DNA from: Chitinophagaceae bacterium
Lineage (GTDB): Bacteria; Bacteroidota; Bacteroidia; Chitinophagales; Chitinophagaceae
Assembly (NCBI GenBank): GCA_017307755.1
Contig: JAFKGQ010000014.1
Coordinates: 21,036-85,035 of the forward strand
Length of the DNA stretch: 64,000 nt
Direction of reading: 5' to 3'
Shown: in pieces, positions 20,901-28,767 of the stretch
Layout of the letters: each line of letters starts with the position of its first letter
How positions within the stretch are numbered: position 1 is the first letter of the stretch
Position numbers and translations under genes: made by a program
The notes under the pieces: model-generated
The model's database searches: none
What the model saw: the letters and a program-made list of their open reading frames with translations, nothing else
Told to the model about the DNA's origin: nothing

Positions 20901-21079
20901 TTGCGACGCACCTGTATGGCCTTTGTGGCTGAACTTTTTAATTGGCGAAGGGAATAAGCGACAGAAGGTGAAGTAGATAAGAGATCCAAAATGGGCTGGG
21001 TTTGCCCCTGCAATGCAAAAAGAATGAATAAAGATGCTACTACGACACCTCTCAAGGCCCTGGCTAAAGGTCTTTTCAT
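11951..21079 (-). CDS. Giant T9SS (type A CTD) secreted repeat protein: GH54-catalytic-like/ConA-fold N-domain, nine ~250-aa tandem units, C-terminal sorting domain
   Basis: Signal peptide. N-domain AYSLRQL..IQVRRNSD..DIGF..WYDQSGNG. Nine (E/Q)(D/Q)V(A/K)W-anchored units. C-terminal LPIDLLYF...LSIYPNPTSDMVFV...KKLLIN. Confidence 0.9.
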   Translation of the reverse strand: MKRPLARALRGVVVASLFILFALQGQTQPILDLLSTSPSVAYSLRQLKSSATKAIQVRRNSDGLTMDIGFTGAGDLDQTALLSFVGSNSGYVTIWYDQSGNGRDAIQATVAKQPRIVNAGIIDVQNGRPICDFNGSSSTMATAAFALTAPLSVSLVSRRTGVGTSTTGYVTMFDGGTNNTFKIAYPNTSNPASMGLSPQDWSAATSLQPIPQLNGNTLFMYSALCDASSGVQYLNGGVQYHNFPGAGANLNGIRLFRGTPLPADNELPAGQLSEVVVFGSKLSNSDRQLLDCSQSSYYSIQIVPAGLDFSITGGGSAATCSQVKEDVAWRASVLNNVYATGSLLTKYQSNSWDGGAASWNTVSNNGYLQFTASETDKDRMVGLSTTHTSNSYSTIQYAWFLTSGSALQIYENGSYRGSFGSYVTGDVMKIAVEAGTVKYYKNGVLQYISNAAPTLPMIVDVSLNDKGGTVTGATVTNYSSGTFTATAVNAGASPGYQWLLNGSPVGVNSNTYTNTSLGAGDVVSCVLTPNIPGCGTLTATSNNITASAAVPPANMEFYIQGTPAASGCGSIVEQVKWNLSTLTTGMSVVSTNGLSKFQVNGWNGGAASWNTVSNNGYFQFTASETNKARMAGLSTSYTSSSYTTIQYAFYLTNGGSLAIYESGSSRGTVSTYTPGDVLKIAVENNVVKYYKNGVLVYISLIAPTLPMLVDVSISDAGGTISNAMVSNYNTGTFTATAVNAGASPSYQWLLNGAPVGTNSPTYTNTSLNSSDVVSCVLTPNLSGCTAVPVASNTITENMTTPVNVDFSIQGVAATTNCNSVIEQVKWKIANTTSNMAIDPTGNLSKFQNITGNWDCAAYSWNTVSNNGYFQFTATETNKYREVGLSASYTGVDYTNIQYGFYLTSGGALQIFESGSGRGTFGTYATGDILKISVESGVVKYYQNGNLLYISNTTPTLPLAVQASLYNTGATIANALVANYNAGAFIANTANAGAAPTFQWKVNGVTVQTGSSATYTNTSLVSGDVVTCVMTPNLSGCSGIQLTSNTIKDTVIAPINIDFSIQGTAASSSCGGVLEQVKWNLSNTTNNMTVVSTNSLSKFQSNAWDGGAASWNTVSDNGYFQFTATETNTARMAGLATSYTGAGNAGIQYAFYLTSSGSLQIFESGSYRGSFGNYATGDVLKIAVESGVVKYYQNGTLLYISSIAPTLPMVVDVSMYHAGATISNAQVFNYNAGVFIANRANAGANPTFRWMVNGVTVQTGASAIYTNSSLVNGDVVTCEMTPDLAGCVAMPIMSNVIKDTVVAPLNMDFSIQGVAATSNCSAVVEQVKWKLSDLNNNLTIVSVNGLSRFQNNGWNAGASSWNTVSNNGYFQFTASEINTYRAIGLSSSHTGNSYTNIQYSFYLNSGGALQIIESGAGRGTFGTYAPGDVLKIAVENNVVKYYKNGVLLYISNIAPTLPMLVDVAIYSVNGTITNAVVSNYNAGAFIANTVNAGASPTFQWMVNGVTVQTGPSATYTNTSLVNGDVVTCLMTPNLAGCNAIPVASNTIKDTVVMPVNLDFSIQGTPATTNCSAVVEQVKWKLSDLSTSLIITGVNGLSKFQNGGWNSGVSSWNTVSNNGYFQFTATETNRSRMAGLSTSYTGVSYTNIQYAFYLVNGGSLQIYESGSSRGAFGTYVTGDVLKITVEAGVVKYYKNGVLLYISNVAPTLPMLVDASIYDVGGTIGGAVVSNYSAGTFTANTANAGANPSFRWMVNGATVQTGLNATYTNTSLSNGDVVTCELTPDLMGCSAATTFLSNTITDTVAAPLNLDFSITGNASSSNCTSVVEQVKWKLSDLNNNLVTSANSISRFQNNGWNAGASSWNTVSNNGYFQFTATETNKDRMAGLSTSFTGNSYTNLQYAFFLTAGGSLQIYESGNGRGTFGTYATGDVLKISVESNVVRYYKNGTQVYVSAVAPVLPLLVNVSINSSGGSIGNALVSNYNSGVFTANTAGAGANPTFRWMVNGATVQTGASATYTNTSLNNGDVVTCALTPDLSGCNAATSYSSNTITNTAVPPLNVEFAILGTAASSSCAAVIEQVKWKLTNLSPNMNIVSVNSLSKFQNNGVWDGGAASWNTVSNNGYFQFTASETTTNRMAGLSASYTSASYTTIQYAFYLVAGGGLQIYESGGSKWSSGTYTTGDVLKIVVENNVVKYYKNGTLLYVSTVAPTLPLLADVSIKDAGGTISNAVVSNYSTGTFTAATANAGANPTFQWMVNGITVQTGAGTTYTNTGLSNNDVITCILTPDLPGCSVTTYNSNTITNTTTPPLNLDFSIQGVVDPSSCTAIVEQVKWRLSNLSPNMNIVSVNGLSKFQSNGNWDGGAASWNTVSNNGYFQFTASETTTSRMAGLSTSYTGSSYTTIQYAFYLVAGGGLQVYESGSYRNTYGTYATGDILKISVENNVVKYYKNGTLLRTSGTAPTLPLLVDVSIYNTGGTITNAFVSNLNSGSFIANAVNAGSFPNYQWQVNGVTVQNGLSATYTNGSLASGDVVTCTLTPNLPGCTVGAYPSNTATFVKSGGSTTWTGAVSNNWFASGNWTAGAPDRFTSAIIAGGTPNNPTLSTDASVYDLTINSGATLTMSGSPTLSVYHNWTNNGAFTPGTGTVAFVSCSSPAVINGTGAETFYNLVINTPYGVTIASGTHQVSKQMTFVTGLVTQNATLTFLNGSTVSGATDASHVNGVVTKVGTGAFTFPVGDNTSYRPITMSSPSSATDVFTAQYIHADPKPTYPQSSRDITLNNVSKYEYWMLNRVNGSSNVTVNLSWNINSGSITSMGQLHVAGWSTAQSKWKDLGNSATTGNTGAGTATSGGPVTIFGAFTLASLTANNVLPIDLLYFKCNKINASLVDIDWSTGSEKNSNYFVVERSGDGQHFDPIQTIPAAGNSSLPLTYATKDSHPLRGLSYYRLKQVDLDGTLVYSDVRTVNIGMVSELSIYPNPTSDMVFVGLNDNKVLKVSIFDNLGREMLAVVRPVDAVLSLDVSRLAAGMYHVVIDLDDKTRVTKKLLINR
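13425..20165 (-). repeat. Nine intragenic tandem repeats of ~750 nt
   Basis: The EQVKW/EDVAW anchor recurs near 14095, 14845, 15595, 16350, 17100, 17850, 18605, 19355 and 20105. Confidence 0.92.
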
Positions 21080-21253
21080 AGAAGGGATTGGGGGTTGGTT
21101 TTTTAAGGATTACTATGGATGTTAAAATACTGGACTTTATGTATGCCTAAAACATGCCATAAACACAACAAATTAACTATCAACAAGTTGATCCTAAAAC
21201 CAATCCCCCTTCATTCCCAAAAGTGGAATTCATAGGTAAAATTGGGAAACATT

Positions 21254-22042
21254 CTATTCGACCCTTATCCCTTTCCATTGGACTGTCTGCGCACTAAAAT
21301 ATCCCATCACTCCCCCGGAAATATTGCTCACAGGATTGGACGGAGAGGCGCTTTGACTGGCACCCGTAGCGCCATTATACAGGGTGTACCAGTACTTGTA
21401 CACAGCCGAATCGTTACAGATCATTTCAATACGGACACTATCCCCGCTCTTGATATCGCGGGCGGAATTATTCGTGTCGTTGCTGAAATTCAGTTCCGAC
21501 TTCACCGTTCGTCCGTCCGTAAACTCGTCGTCACTGACAAAGATGGTCGGTTCCATATGGTCATTGACATACTGTATAAAATGATAATAATTGGCAATCC
21601 CCGGAGGGTCCTTATAGACGACAGTAACATATTTCTTGTTGCTAAGCGCACCGGTTTTGACATAAATGCTGTCGAGATTAACAGGCTGTGGCATCGTGGA
21701 AATAGAAGAAAAAGTCTCATTTCCGATGTGTACAGTCAGCGCATAGGTCTGACCAGGCTTCCCCGTAAGACTACCGGTACTGTACACCCCGGTTCCCGTC
21801 TCAGGCAACGATGTCACTATCCCATTGTTCTCCACTGTTACCGTGGCGCCGCTAACCCCCGGAAATTGGTTGTCTTCGCTAAAGTTTTTCGTACGGGTGA
21901 TATACACCTGGCATTCCCCGGGCTGATCAGTGATCTTGCCGACGATGACATATTTTGTAGAAGTATTGTTCAGATTCACGTTGATCACCTTCTGGCAGCC
22001 GGCCAGGGATATCAATATAAAACATATACATGCAAATCGCAT
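21254..22042 (-). CDS. DUF4249 family lipoprotein (TBDR partner)
   Basis: Lipobox LAGCQK, YKDPPGIANYY and PSNPVSNISGGVMGYFSA. Start moved to ATG 22042. Confidence 0.85.
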   Translation of the reverse strand: MRFACICFILISLAGCQKVINVNLNNTSTKYVIVGKITDQPGECQVYITRTKNFSEDNQFPGVSGATVTVENNGIVTSLPETGTGVYSTGSLTGKPGQTYALTVHIGNETFSSISTMPQPVNLDSIYVKTGALSNKKYVTVVYKDPPGIANYYHFIQYVNDHMEPTIFVSDDEFTDGRTVKSELNFSNDTNNSARDIKSGDSVRIEMICNDSAVYKYWYTLYNGATGASQSASPSNPVSNISGGVMGYFSAQTVQWKGIRVE

Positions 22043-22046
22043 AGTG

Positions 22047-24686
22047 CTAGAATTTGAAATTATAGGAAATGGATGGAATAAAGCTGAAAAGACTGAGCCG
22101 TACCGCCTCAGTCTTGTTAGGGTCATCCTTACCCTGACGGAAAGTGATCTGGTATGCATTCTGCCGGCCATAGGCATTGTACAGACTAAAGTTCAACTCT
22201 GAAGAGAACTTCTTGCGTTGTTTCAGCTGAAGGGTGGCGCCCAGGTCCAGCCGGTGATAACTCGGCATGCGGTAAGCATTCCGTTTGGTGTAAAGAAAAT
22301 AGACGTTCCCATCTACTATGTACTTACCGCTGGGAAATGTCACTGCATCACCCGTGTAAAAGACCCAGTCAGCCGAAAGCGTCCATTTCTTATTCAGCTG
22401 ATAAGTGCCGACGATGGCGACTTCATGTGTCCTGTCCTGACGGGCATTGTACCACTGGCCGTCATTGATGCCGTCGATCTTACGCTCTGTCTTGGACAGC
22501 GTATAGCTGAGCCAGCCTGTAAAACGTCCCGCTCTTTTTTTCAACAACCATTCGATGCCATACGCCCGGCCTTTTCCAAACAACAGTTGTGTCTCGATAG
22601 GTTCGTTAGTATAGATATTGGCCCCATTCTTATAGTCTATCTGGTGCTGCATGGTCTTATAATAGGTCTCCACCGTCAGCTCCCACTTGCCTTCGGCAAG
22701 GTCTTTATAATATCCCAGCGACACCTGGTCGGATATCTCCGGCCGGATAATATTGGTATTTGCCACCCATCTGTCAGTGGGAGAAGAAGTGGTGGAATTG
22801 GACACCAGGTGCAGATTCTGCGTGTTCCGCACATAGGCGGCTTTCAACGATGTCGACCCGTTCAGCTGCCAGGCAGCCGCCACCCGCGGCTCCAGATTGA
22901 AATAGGTCTTCACGACATCTCCCGATCCATAATGCATTGTATCCAATATCTTGCCGGATGGGTCAATGTTATAATAGTCCCCCTTACCCAATATGCTAAA
23001 GGCAGAGAAACGAAGCCCATAGGTAAAGCTTAATTGCCCCGTTGCCTTCCAGGTGTCGGTGATATAGGCGGCGCTTTCAAGAGAATATCGCCGGGGGAAG
23101 GTTAAAGAATTGATACCGGCATCCTTGTTGGCCGTGATCTCGCCCGGACGGATGGTATGGTGGATGGCATTAAACCCGATGTTCACGGTGTGCATACTGC
23201 CCGCATACCACTGGACATCTTCCTTCAGGTTCCAATCCTTGATCTGGGAAATGATATTGAATTCATTGCCCGCCTCTTTGTTGGTGATCCTAAAGTCATA
23301 ATTGCTGTATATCAGCGAGGTATTGGAGAACCACCTACTGTTAAATACATGGTTCCACCGGGCTGTGGCGGTAGTGTTCCCCCAGTTGATCCCGGCCAGA
23401 TTATCCTGGCTCAGTACATCCCGGCCAAAATAGCCGGACAGATAAAGACGGTCCCTCCCACTCAGCTTAAAATTCATCTTTGCATTGAGGTCATAAAAAT
23501 ACAGCCTGCTTCTGTTGATGGTAGTGTCGTTGGACAGCCGGAGGAACAGGTCGGCATAAGTTCTTCTGCCGGAAATAAGAAAGGATGACCGGTCCTTTTG
23601 TATCGGGCCCTCCACATTTAGCCGGCTTGCAATAAGACCAATGCCGCCGCTGGCGCTATAGTCCTGGTTGTTCCCTTCATTCATCTTCACGTCCACGACA
23701 GAGGACAGACGCCCGCCGTATTGGGCGGGCATCCCCCCTTTGTATACGACAATATTCTTAATTGCATCCGAGTTGAACGTTGAAAAAAAACCCAACAGAT
23801 GGGAGGGATTGTACACAGTGGCCTCATCCAAAAGGATCAGGTTCTGATCCGCACCACCCCCCCGGACATAAAACCCGGCGTTACCATCACCCGCCGACTT
23901 GATACCCGGCAGCAGCTGTATCGTTTTAAGTACGTCCTTCTCTCCAAAAATGACAGGGATGTTCTTTATCTCCGCCATGGTCATACGCTCCACCCCCATC
24001 TGGGGGCTTTTCAGGCTCCTTCCCGTCGTAGTGGCTCGGACCGTCACCTCCTGCAGGTCCGCAGCTGCCGCCGTCATGGGGACATCCAACACTATGTTGC
24101 TGTCCAGCCGGACATCATGAGCAACAGTGGCCATACCGACAGTGCTGATCTCCAGATGATACGCCCCTCTGGGCAACGTCAGTGAATAAAACCCGTATTC
24201 ATTGCTGACCGTGGCGGTAAAAAAGCTGGAGACAGTGCTTCCCGCCCGGATGGTGGCGCCAATGATGGTTTCTCCCGTCTTCTGCGCCCGGATAGTGCCG
24301 CTGATCGTGTATTTTTCGGGCGCTGTATACGATGCGGGTACAATGATCGAAGAAACAGTTCTCTTTTCCTCGACTTTCTTCAGGACAATATTCTTTCCCA
24401 CCTGCTTGAACTGAATATTGTGCCCCTTTAACAGTTGCTGTAATATCTTGTCCAGCGGCTGGGAATCAGCTTCTAATGAAACATCCTGCACCGCATCGAC
24501 ATCTTCAGCCCGGGCGACAAATTTAAAAGGCGACATTACCTCGATGGTACGCAAGGCATGCTTCAGCGAATTGTGTTTAAAAAGTACGGTCAGCTTCACC
24601 TGTGAAATGTCCTGTGCCGCCGCACGCAAGGTCAAGAGCGTGGCAGCCAATGCCAGAAAGACAGTGGTTATTGTTTTTTTGTTCAT
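22047..24686 (-). CDS. TonB-dependent receptor with N-terminal STN signalling domain
   Basis: STN-like LKHALRTIEVMSPFKF, CarboxypepD_reg domain, plug EKDVLKTIQLLPG..RGG..DQNLILLD and C-terminal PSISYNFKF. Confidence 0.92.
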   Translation of the reverse strand: MNKKTITTVFLALAATLLTLRAAAQDISQVKLTVLFKHNSLKHALRTIEVMSPFKFVARAEDVDAVQDVSLEADSQPLDKILQQLLKGHNIQFKQVGKNIVLKKVEEKRTVSSIIVPASYTAPEKYTISGTIRAQKTGETIIGATIRAGSTVSSFFTATVSNEYGFYSLTLPRGAYHLEISTVGMATVAHDVRLDSNIVLDVPMTAAAADLQEVTVRATTTGRSLKSPQMGVERMTMAEIKNIPVIFGEKDVLKTIQLLPGIKSAGDGNAGFYVRGGGADQNLILLDEATVYNPSHLLGFFSTFNSDAIKNIVVYKGGMPAQYGGRLSSVVDVKMNEGNNQDYSASGGIGLIASRLNVEGPIQKDRSSFLISGRRTYADLFLRLSNDTTINRSRLYFYDLNAKMNFKLSGRDRLYLSGYFGRDVLSQDNLAGINWGNTTATARWNHVFNSRWFSNTSLIYSNYDFRITNKEAGNEFNIISQIKDWNLKEDVQWYAGSMHTVNIGFNAIHHTIRPGEITANKDAGINSLTFPRRYSLESAAYITDTWKATGQLSFTYGLRFSAFSILGKGDYYNIDPSGKILDTMHYGSGDVVKTYFNLEPRVAAAWQLNGSTSLKAAYVRNTQNLHLVSNSTTSSPTDRWVANTNIIRPEISDQVSLGYYKDLAEGKWELTVETYYKTMQHQIDYKNGANIYTNEPIETQLLFGKGRAYGIEWLLKKRAGRFTGWLSYTLSKTERKIDGINDGQWYNARQDRTHEVAIVGTYQLNKKWTLSADWVFYTGDAVTFPSGKYIVDGNVYFLYTKRNAYRMPSYHRLDLGATLQLKQRKKFSSELNFSLYNAYGRQNAYQITFRQGKDDPNKTEAVRLSLFSFIPSISYNFKF

Positions 24687-24693
24687 AGCTATT

Positions 24694-25641
24694 TTATTGG
24701 CAACCTTTACCGGAAAGTATAACGATGCGTTTTTTGTCATCCATCGCCCATTGCATGTCGATTGTGTTGCTTATAATGGTCAATATTTGAGGAAGAGTGA
24801 TCTTATTATCAAAGCTGCCCATCAGCCTGCAGTTACGCAGCGTGCTGTCCTTGAACAGGATCTTTACGTTGTACCACCTGCTGAGTGTGCCGGCAATCGT
24901 CTCCATCCTTTCGTAATCAAATCTTAATTGCCCCTGTTGCCATGCCATGATCTCCGTCGTGTCGACAGACACCGTCCTGGATTGCCGGGTGTGGTCATCC
25001 CATTGCAGTTGCCGGGCCGGCGTCAGTTGATCCAATACCTTTCCGGCATTATCCACCTGGACCTTTCCGCGTATGACTGTCACCGTTGTACCCGGATCCG
25101 TATCAAAACTACGCATATCGAATCTGGTGCCCAGGACCGTAGTCGTCAGCCCGCCGGCATGCACGACAAAAGGATGCGCAGGATCTTCTGCAACATCAAA
25201 ATACCCCTCCCCGTCCAGGTAAAGCTCTCTATAACTGCCGAAAGGTCTTTTATATCTCAGCGTAGTGGCTGCATTTAACCATACATGACTACTGTCGGGC
25301 AAAGTTACCTGCAGTATTTTGCCCCAGGGGTTATATACGGTGATCTGGTCAGGCCCCTTATTACCCATATACCGCCAGACCAGAAAGACTCCGGCCAACA
25401 GTACCAGACAGGCCGCGACCCGTGCAACCATCCGAACGACCCGAAAACGGGGCCGTGGACGCAGCTGCGCCCAGATCCGCTGCCGCAATAGCTCTTCCTC
25501 AGCCGGATCCTCCGACGGCCACTCTACATCCCCCACAGCATATACGGAATGATACCATTCGTGCAGCTCCTGCACTTCCTCCGGCGTTGCCTCGTCATCG
25601 GCAAGTTTCCGGATCAGGCTATATAAACGTGTTTGCTCCAT
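24694..25641 (-). CDS. FecR family anti-sigma factor
   Basis: TM helix, LPDSSHVWLNAATTL, LDGEGYFDV..D..HPF, TTVLGTRF and AWQQGQLRF. Confidence 0.93.
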   Translation of the reverse strand: MEQTRLYSLIRKLADDEATPEEVQELHEWYHSVYAVGDVEWPSEDPAEEELLRQRIWAQLRPRPRFRVVRMVARVAACLVLLAGVFLVWRYMGNKGPDQITVYNPWGKILQVTLPDSSHVWLNAATTLRYKRPFGSYRELYLDGEGYFDVAEDPAHPFVVHAGGLTTTVLGTRFDMRSFDTDPGTTVTVIRGKVQVDNAGKVLDQLTPARQLQWDDHTRQSRTVSVDTTEIMAWQQGQLRFDYERMETIAGTLSRWYNVKILFKDSTLRNCRLMGSFDNKITLPQILTIISNTIDMQWAMDDKKRIVILSGKGCQ

Positions 25642-25682
25642 GATACTAATAAGTACCCATGAAGCAGGCTAACCCCTAAAAA

Positions 25683-26243
25683 TCAGGAAAAAAAAATATT
25701 ATTGAACTTCCGGATGGAATCCTTTAATGCCTTTAGCGCTTTTGTGATATGATACTCAACGGATTTGGGAGAAAGATCCATCCTCCCCGCAATCTCAGTA
25801 ACAGACAATTGATCTTCCCGGCTGTACCTGAATACCAGCCTTGTTTTTTCAGGTAATGTCTCCACCACCCCATCCAGGAATTCTCGCAAAAACCGGGCTT
25901 CCAGCTTTTTCTCCGTCTCGTCATCCGGCTCGGCACGCCCTTGTGTTTGCAGGATATCCTCGCGCCGCTGATGACGGACCATTACCTTGAACACGGCATA
26001 TTTGACGGCCGTACCTAAATAGGCGGATAAAGATCGTATCTCCAGCTCGTGCCTTTTATGCCAAAGCCCCATCAGCACATCGCTCACCACATCTTCCGCC
26101 ATTTGCTTGTTGCGGGTATGATAATAGCCGATGGCTACCAGTTTCTGCCAATGCCGGTGGTAGATCGCATTAAACGCTTTTTCATCCCCTTTTTGCAAGG
26201 AGGCCAGCAGGTGCCCGTCTTCTAATGCGGCATAGTTTGTCAT
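25683..26243 (-). CDS. ECF RNA polymerase sigma-70 factor
   Basis: GDEKAFNAIYHRHW, AEDVVSDV and LPEKTRLVF..SR...EIA....SVEYHITKALK. Confidence 0.93.
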   Translation of the reverse strand: MTNYAALEDGHLLASLQKGDEKAFNAIYHRHWQKLVAIGYYHTRNKQMAEDVVSDVLMGLWHKRHELEIRSLSAYLGTAVKYAVFKVMVRHQRREDILQTQGRAEPDDETEKKLEARFLREFLDGVVETLPEKTRLVFRYSREDQLSVTEIAGRMDLSPKSVEYHITKALKALKDSIRKFNNIFFS

Positions 26244-26363
26244 ATTGCTTCATCAGGCGCGCGTGAAGGTACTACAATTCATGCAAGCTTTTTGCAGCCT
26301 CACACACCAGCACCTTCTGCCGGCGCCTTTCCCGCACTTTATTTGCAAAAAATTAATATTGTT

Positions 26364-26969
26364 ATGCAAAAGATCTTACTAATCGCAGTTTGTGTCGGAC
26401 TCTCTTGTTTCTCCCGGGCCCAGATCAAATTCGGAGTAAAGGGAGGTGTCAACTTTTCCAATGTGGGAGGAAAAGATGCTGCCGGCGCCAGTTCATTGAT
26501 TGGCTTTTACGGGGGTATACAGGCCAACATCGCCCTGGTGGAAGGGTTTAGTGTACAGCCGGAGCTCCTGTATTCCGCCCAGGGTTCAAAAGTCGAAGTA
26601 GAGTCCAGCGGAGACGGAGACGAGATCCTCAGGACAAAAGCCAAAATTCACCTCAACTACCTTAGCCTCCCTGTACTGGCACAATACAGACATGCCAGTG
26701 GTGTGTTCGTACAGACAGGCCCTCAGCTGAGTTATCTACTGTCCGCCAGACTAAAGGCGGCCGGCGGGTCCCTGGATATGAAGGACGATTTTAAAAAGAC
26801 CGATCTTTCCTGGGTCCTGGGCGTAGGCTACGCCATCGCCGATGGGAAAATAGGGTTTAACGTACGTTATAACTTCGGCCTCACCAAACTGGGAAAAGCC
26901 ACTGAGGAGGGGCCGGCAGCCAGGGTATATGGCCGGGTTTTACAGACCGGCATATACTACACGTTGTAA
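26364..26969 (+). CDS. Outer-membrane beta-barrel (porin/PorT-like family) protein
   Basis: Signal peptide, FGVKGGVNFS, VQPELLYS.QG and YLSLPVL. Start moved to ATG 26364. Confidence 0.85.
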   Translation: MQKILLIAVCVGLSCFSRAQIKFGVKGGVNFSNVGGKDAAGASSLIGFYGGIQANIALVEGFSVQPELLYSAQGSKVEVESSGDGDEILRTKAKIHLNYLSLPVLAQYRHASGVFVQTGPQLSYLLSARLKAAGGSLDMKDDFKKTDLSWVLGVGYAIADGKIGFNVRYNFGLTKLGKATEEGPAARVYGRVLQTGIYYTL

Positions 26970-26984
26970 TTCAATCAATTAATC

Positions 26985-27011
26985 AAGAAATACCACTATG
27001 TGGTATTTCTT
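26985..27011 (+). terminator. Hairpin after the beta-barrel gene
   Basis: AAGAAATACCAC-TAT-GTGGTATTTCTT, perfect 12-bp inverted repeat followed by a T-rich tract. Confidence 0.65.
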
Positions 27012-27064
27012 GTTCTCAATTATTCTTTGTATTTTTCCGCCACTCTTATCGCTTACCTATCGCT

Positions 27065-27637
27065 ATGAATGCAAAGATTGATTTTTCAAAGAGTGTACGA
27101 AGACGGCGCTTGATCTATCTGGGTACCCGGAAACAACGTTTCCTCCTATCGATACGACATTTCACGCCCGGCATACTTGCTCTTCTGTTTTGCTTGTCAC
27201 TGGTCGCCTTTACCTTATATAGCGGACCAGACCCTGTCTCTATTGCATTGATGTCCCTCCCCGCCCTGCTGGTGATCATAAGCATGTTGCTTCAAAACAA
27301 ACTGGCAAAAGCCAAAAGCTCCTGGCCGCTGGAGGACCAGACAGCCATTATCCGCTTCCTGCTACATAAATATCCCGGAGTTATCCGCCATAATTGCAGC
27401 GAGCAGATCATCATTATCACCAGACCCAGAAAATCCCTCCTTATTAAGGAGTTCCTTATTTTACAGGACGGAGAGCATATCTACATGAATATTTCCTTAT
27501 ACAGCAAGGGTGATCTGAAATATATGTTCTTTTCCATTCCCCAGTATATTACATCCAGGGCCATCCTGAAAAAATATCGCCGGACGGTCCTCAGAAGCGC
27601 CGCCGCCACCCATGAAAGAGCACAGGCAATTGTTTGA
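27065..27637 (+). CDS. Hypothetical membrane protein (two predicted TM helices)
   Basis: 190-aa ORF filling the intergenic space, with two hydrophobic segments. No family recognised. Confidence 0.6.
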   Translation: MNAKIDFSKSVRRRRLIYLGTRKQRFLLSIRHFTPGILALLFCLSLVAFTLYSGPDPVSIALMSLPALLVIISMLLQNKLAKAKSSWPLEDQTAIIRFLLHKYPGVIRHNCSEQIIIITRPRKSLLIKEFLILQDGEHIYMNISLYSKGDLKYMFFSIPQYITSRAILKKYRRTVLRSAAATHERAQAIV

Positions 27638-27715
27638 TTTTTACAAGATTTTGATTGATTAGCTTAATGATTAAAAGGCAGGAGTTCCCGAGATTTGTCC
27701 TCATAAATTCTTGCT

Positions 27716-28759
27716 ATGATATCAACAAAAGGTTACGCAGCCCAAAGCGCTGTCTCGGACCTCGCGCCCTGGAATTTTGAACGCCGGGACGTAGGCCCTC
27801 ACGATGTTCAGTTCGATATTCTGTACTGCGGGGTCTGTCATTCCGATCTGCATCAGATCCGGGATGAATGGGGAGGATCGATCTTTCCCATGGTACCCGG
27901 ACATGAGATCGTAGGAAAGGTCAAAAAGGTAGGCGCCCATGTAAAGAAATTCAAGGTGGGTGACCTCGCGGCCGTAGGCTGTATGGTCGACTCCTGCCGG
28001 GTATGTGAAGAATGTAAAGACGGGTTGGAGCAGTACTGCTCCGGTACAGGTATGGTAGGTACTTACAACAGCCGTGAGAAAGATGGCACACCCACCTATG
28101 GCGGTTATTCCAACCAGATCGTGGTACATGAAGATTTTGTCCTGCACGTCTCGGACAAACTATCCCTGCCGGCTGTGGCGCCCCTGCTTTGCGCTGGCAT
28201 TACGACCTGGTCCCCCCTTCGCCATTGGAAAGTGGGTAAGGGACATAAACTGGCGGTATTAGGCCTGGGCGGCCTCGGTCATATGGCTGTCAAGTTCGGC
28301 GTTGCGTTTGGCGCTGAAGTCACTGTGCTGAGCACCTCCCCTTCCAAGGAAGCCGCCGCACGTCAGCTGGGCGCCCATAAGTTTATCGTTACATCCGACC
28401 CCGCACAGCTAAAAGGCGTAAAACGCTATTTCGATTTTATACTGGACACCGTTTCGGCATCCCATGATATGGGTCTTTATCTTTCCCTGCTCAAGACGGA
28501 TGGTACGCACATCTGTGTTGGCGTTCCATCCGAGCCCATGCCCATCCATGCTTTTAATGTCATTATGGGAAGAAAAAGCCTCGCCGGTTCCGGCATCGGC
28601 GGAATTCCCGAAACTCAGGAGATGCTGGACTATTGCGCCGAGCACAATATCGTGTCGGACATAGAGATCATCGATATGAAATATATCCACCAGGCCTATG
28701 ACCGCATGCTGAAAGGAGATGTCCGTTATCGCTTTGTCATCGACATGGCTACTTTGTAA
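27716..28759 (+). CDS. Zn-dependent NAD(P) alcohol/aldehyde dehydrogenase (cinnamyl alcohol dehydrogenase/YahK-like)
   Basis: CGVCHSDLH, GHEIVG, structural Zn C..C..C...C, APLLCAGIT and GLGGLGHM. Confidence 0.95.
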   Translation: MISTKGYAAQSAVSDLAPWNFERRDVGPHDVQFDILYCGVCHSDLHQIRDEWGGSIFPMVPGHEIVGKVKKVGAHVKKFKVGDLAAVGCMVDSCRVCEECKDGLEQYCSGTGMVGTYNSREKDGTPTYGGYSNQIVVHEDFVLHVSDKLSLPAVAPLLCAGITTWSPLRHWKVGKGHKLAVLGLGGLGHMAVKFGVAFGAEVTVLSTSPSKEAAARQLGAHKFIVTSDPAQLKGVKRYFDFILDTVSASHDMGLYLSLLKTDGTHICVGVPSEPMPIHAFNVIMGRKSLAGSGIGGIPETQEMLDYCAEHNIVSDIEIIDMKYIHQAYDRMLKGDVRYRFVIDMATL

Positions 28760-28767
28760 AGCACATA

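Noticed and set aside
13974-20932. Many + strand ORFs inside the giant gene (e.g. 19142..20428, 17432..18214, the recurring MLLTVFQ ORFs)
   Set aside because: Antisense shadows of the repetitive minus-strand CDS. They recur with the 750-nt period and have no protein motifs.
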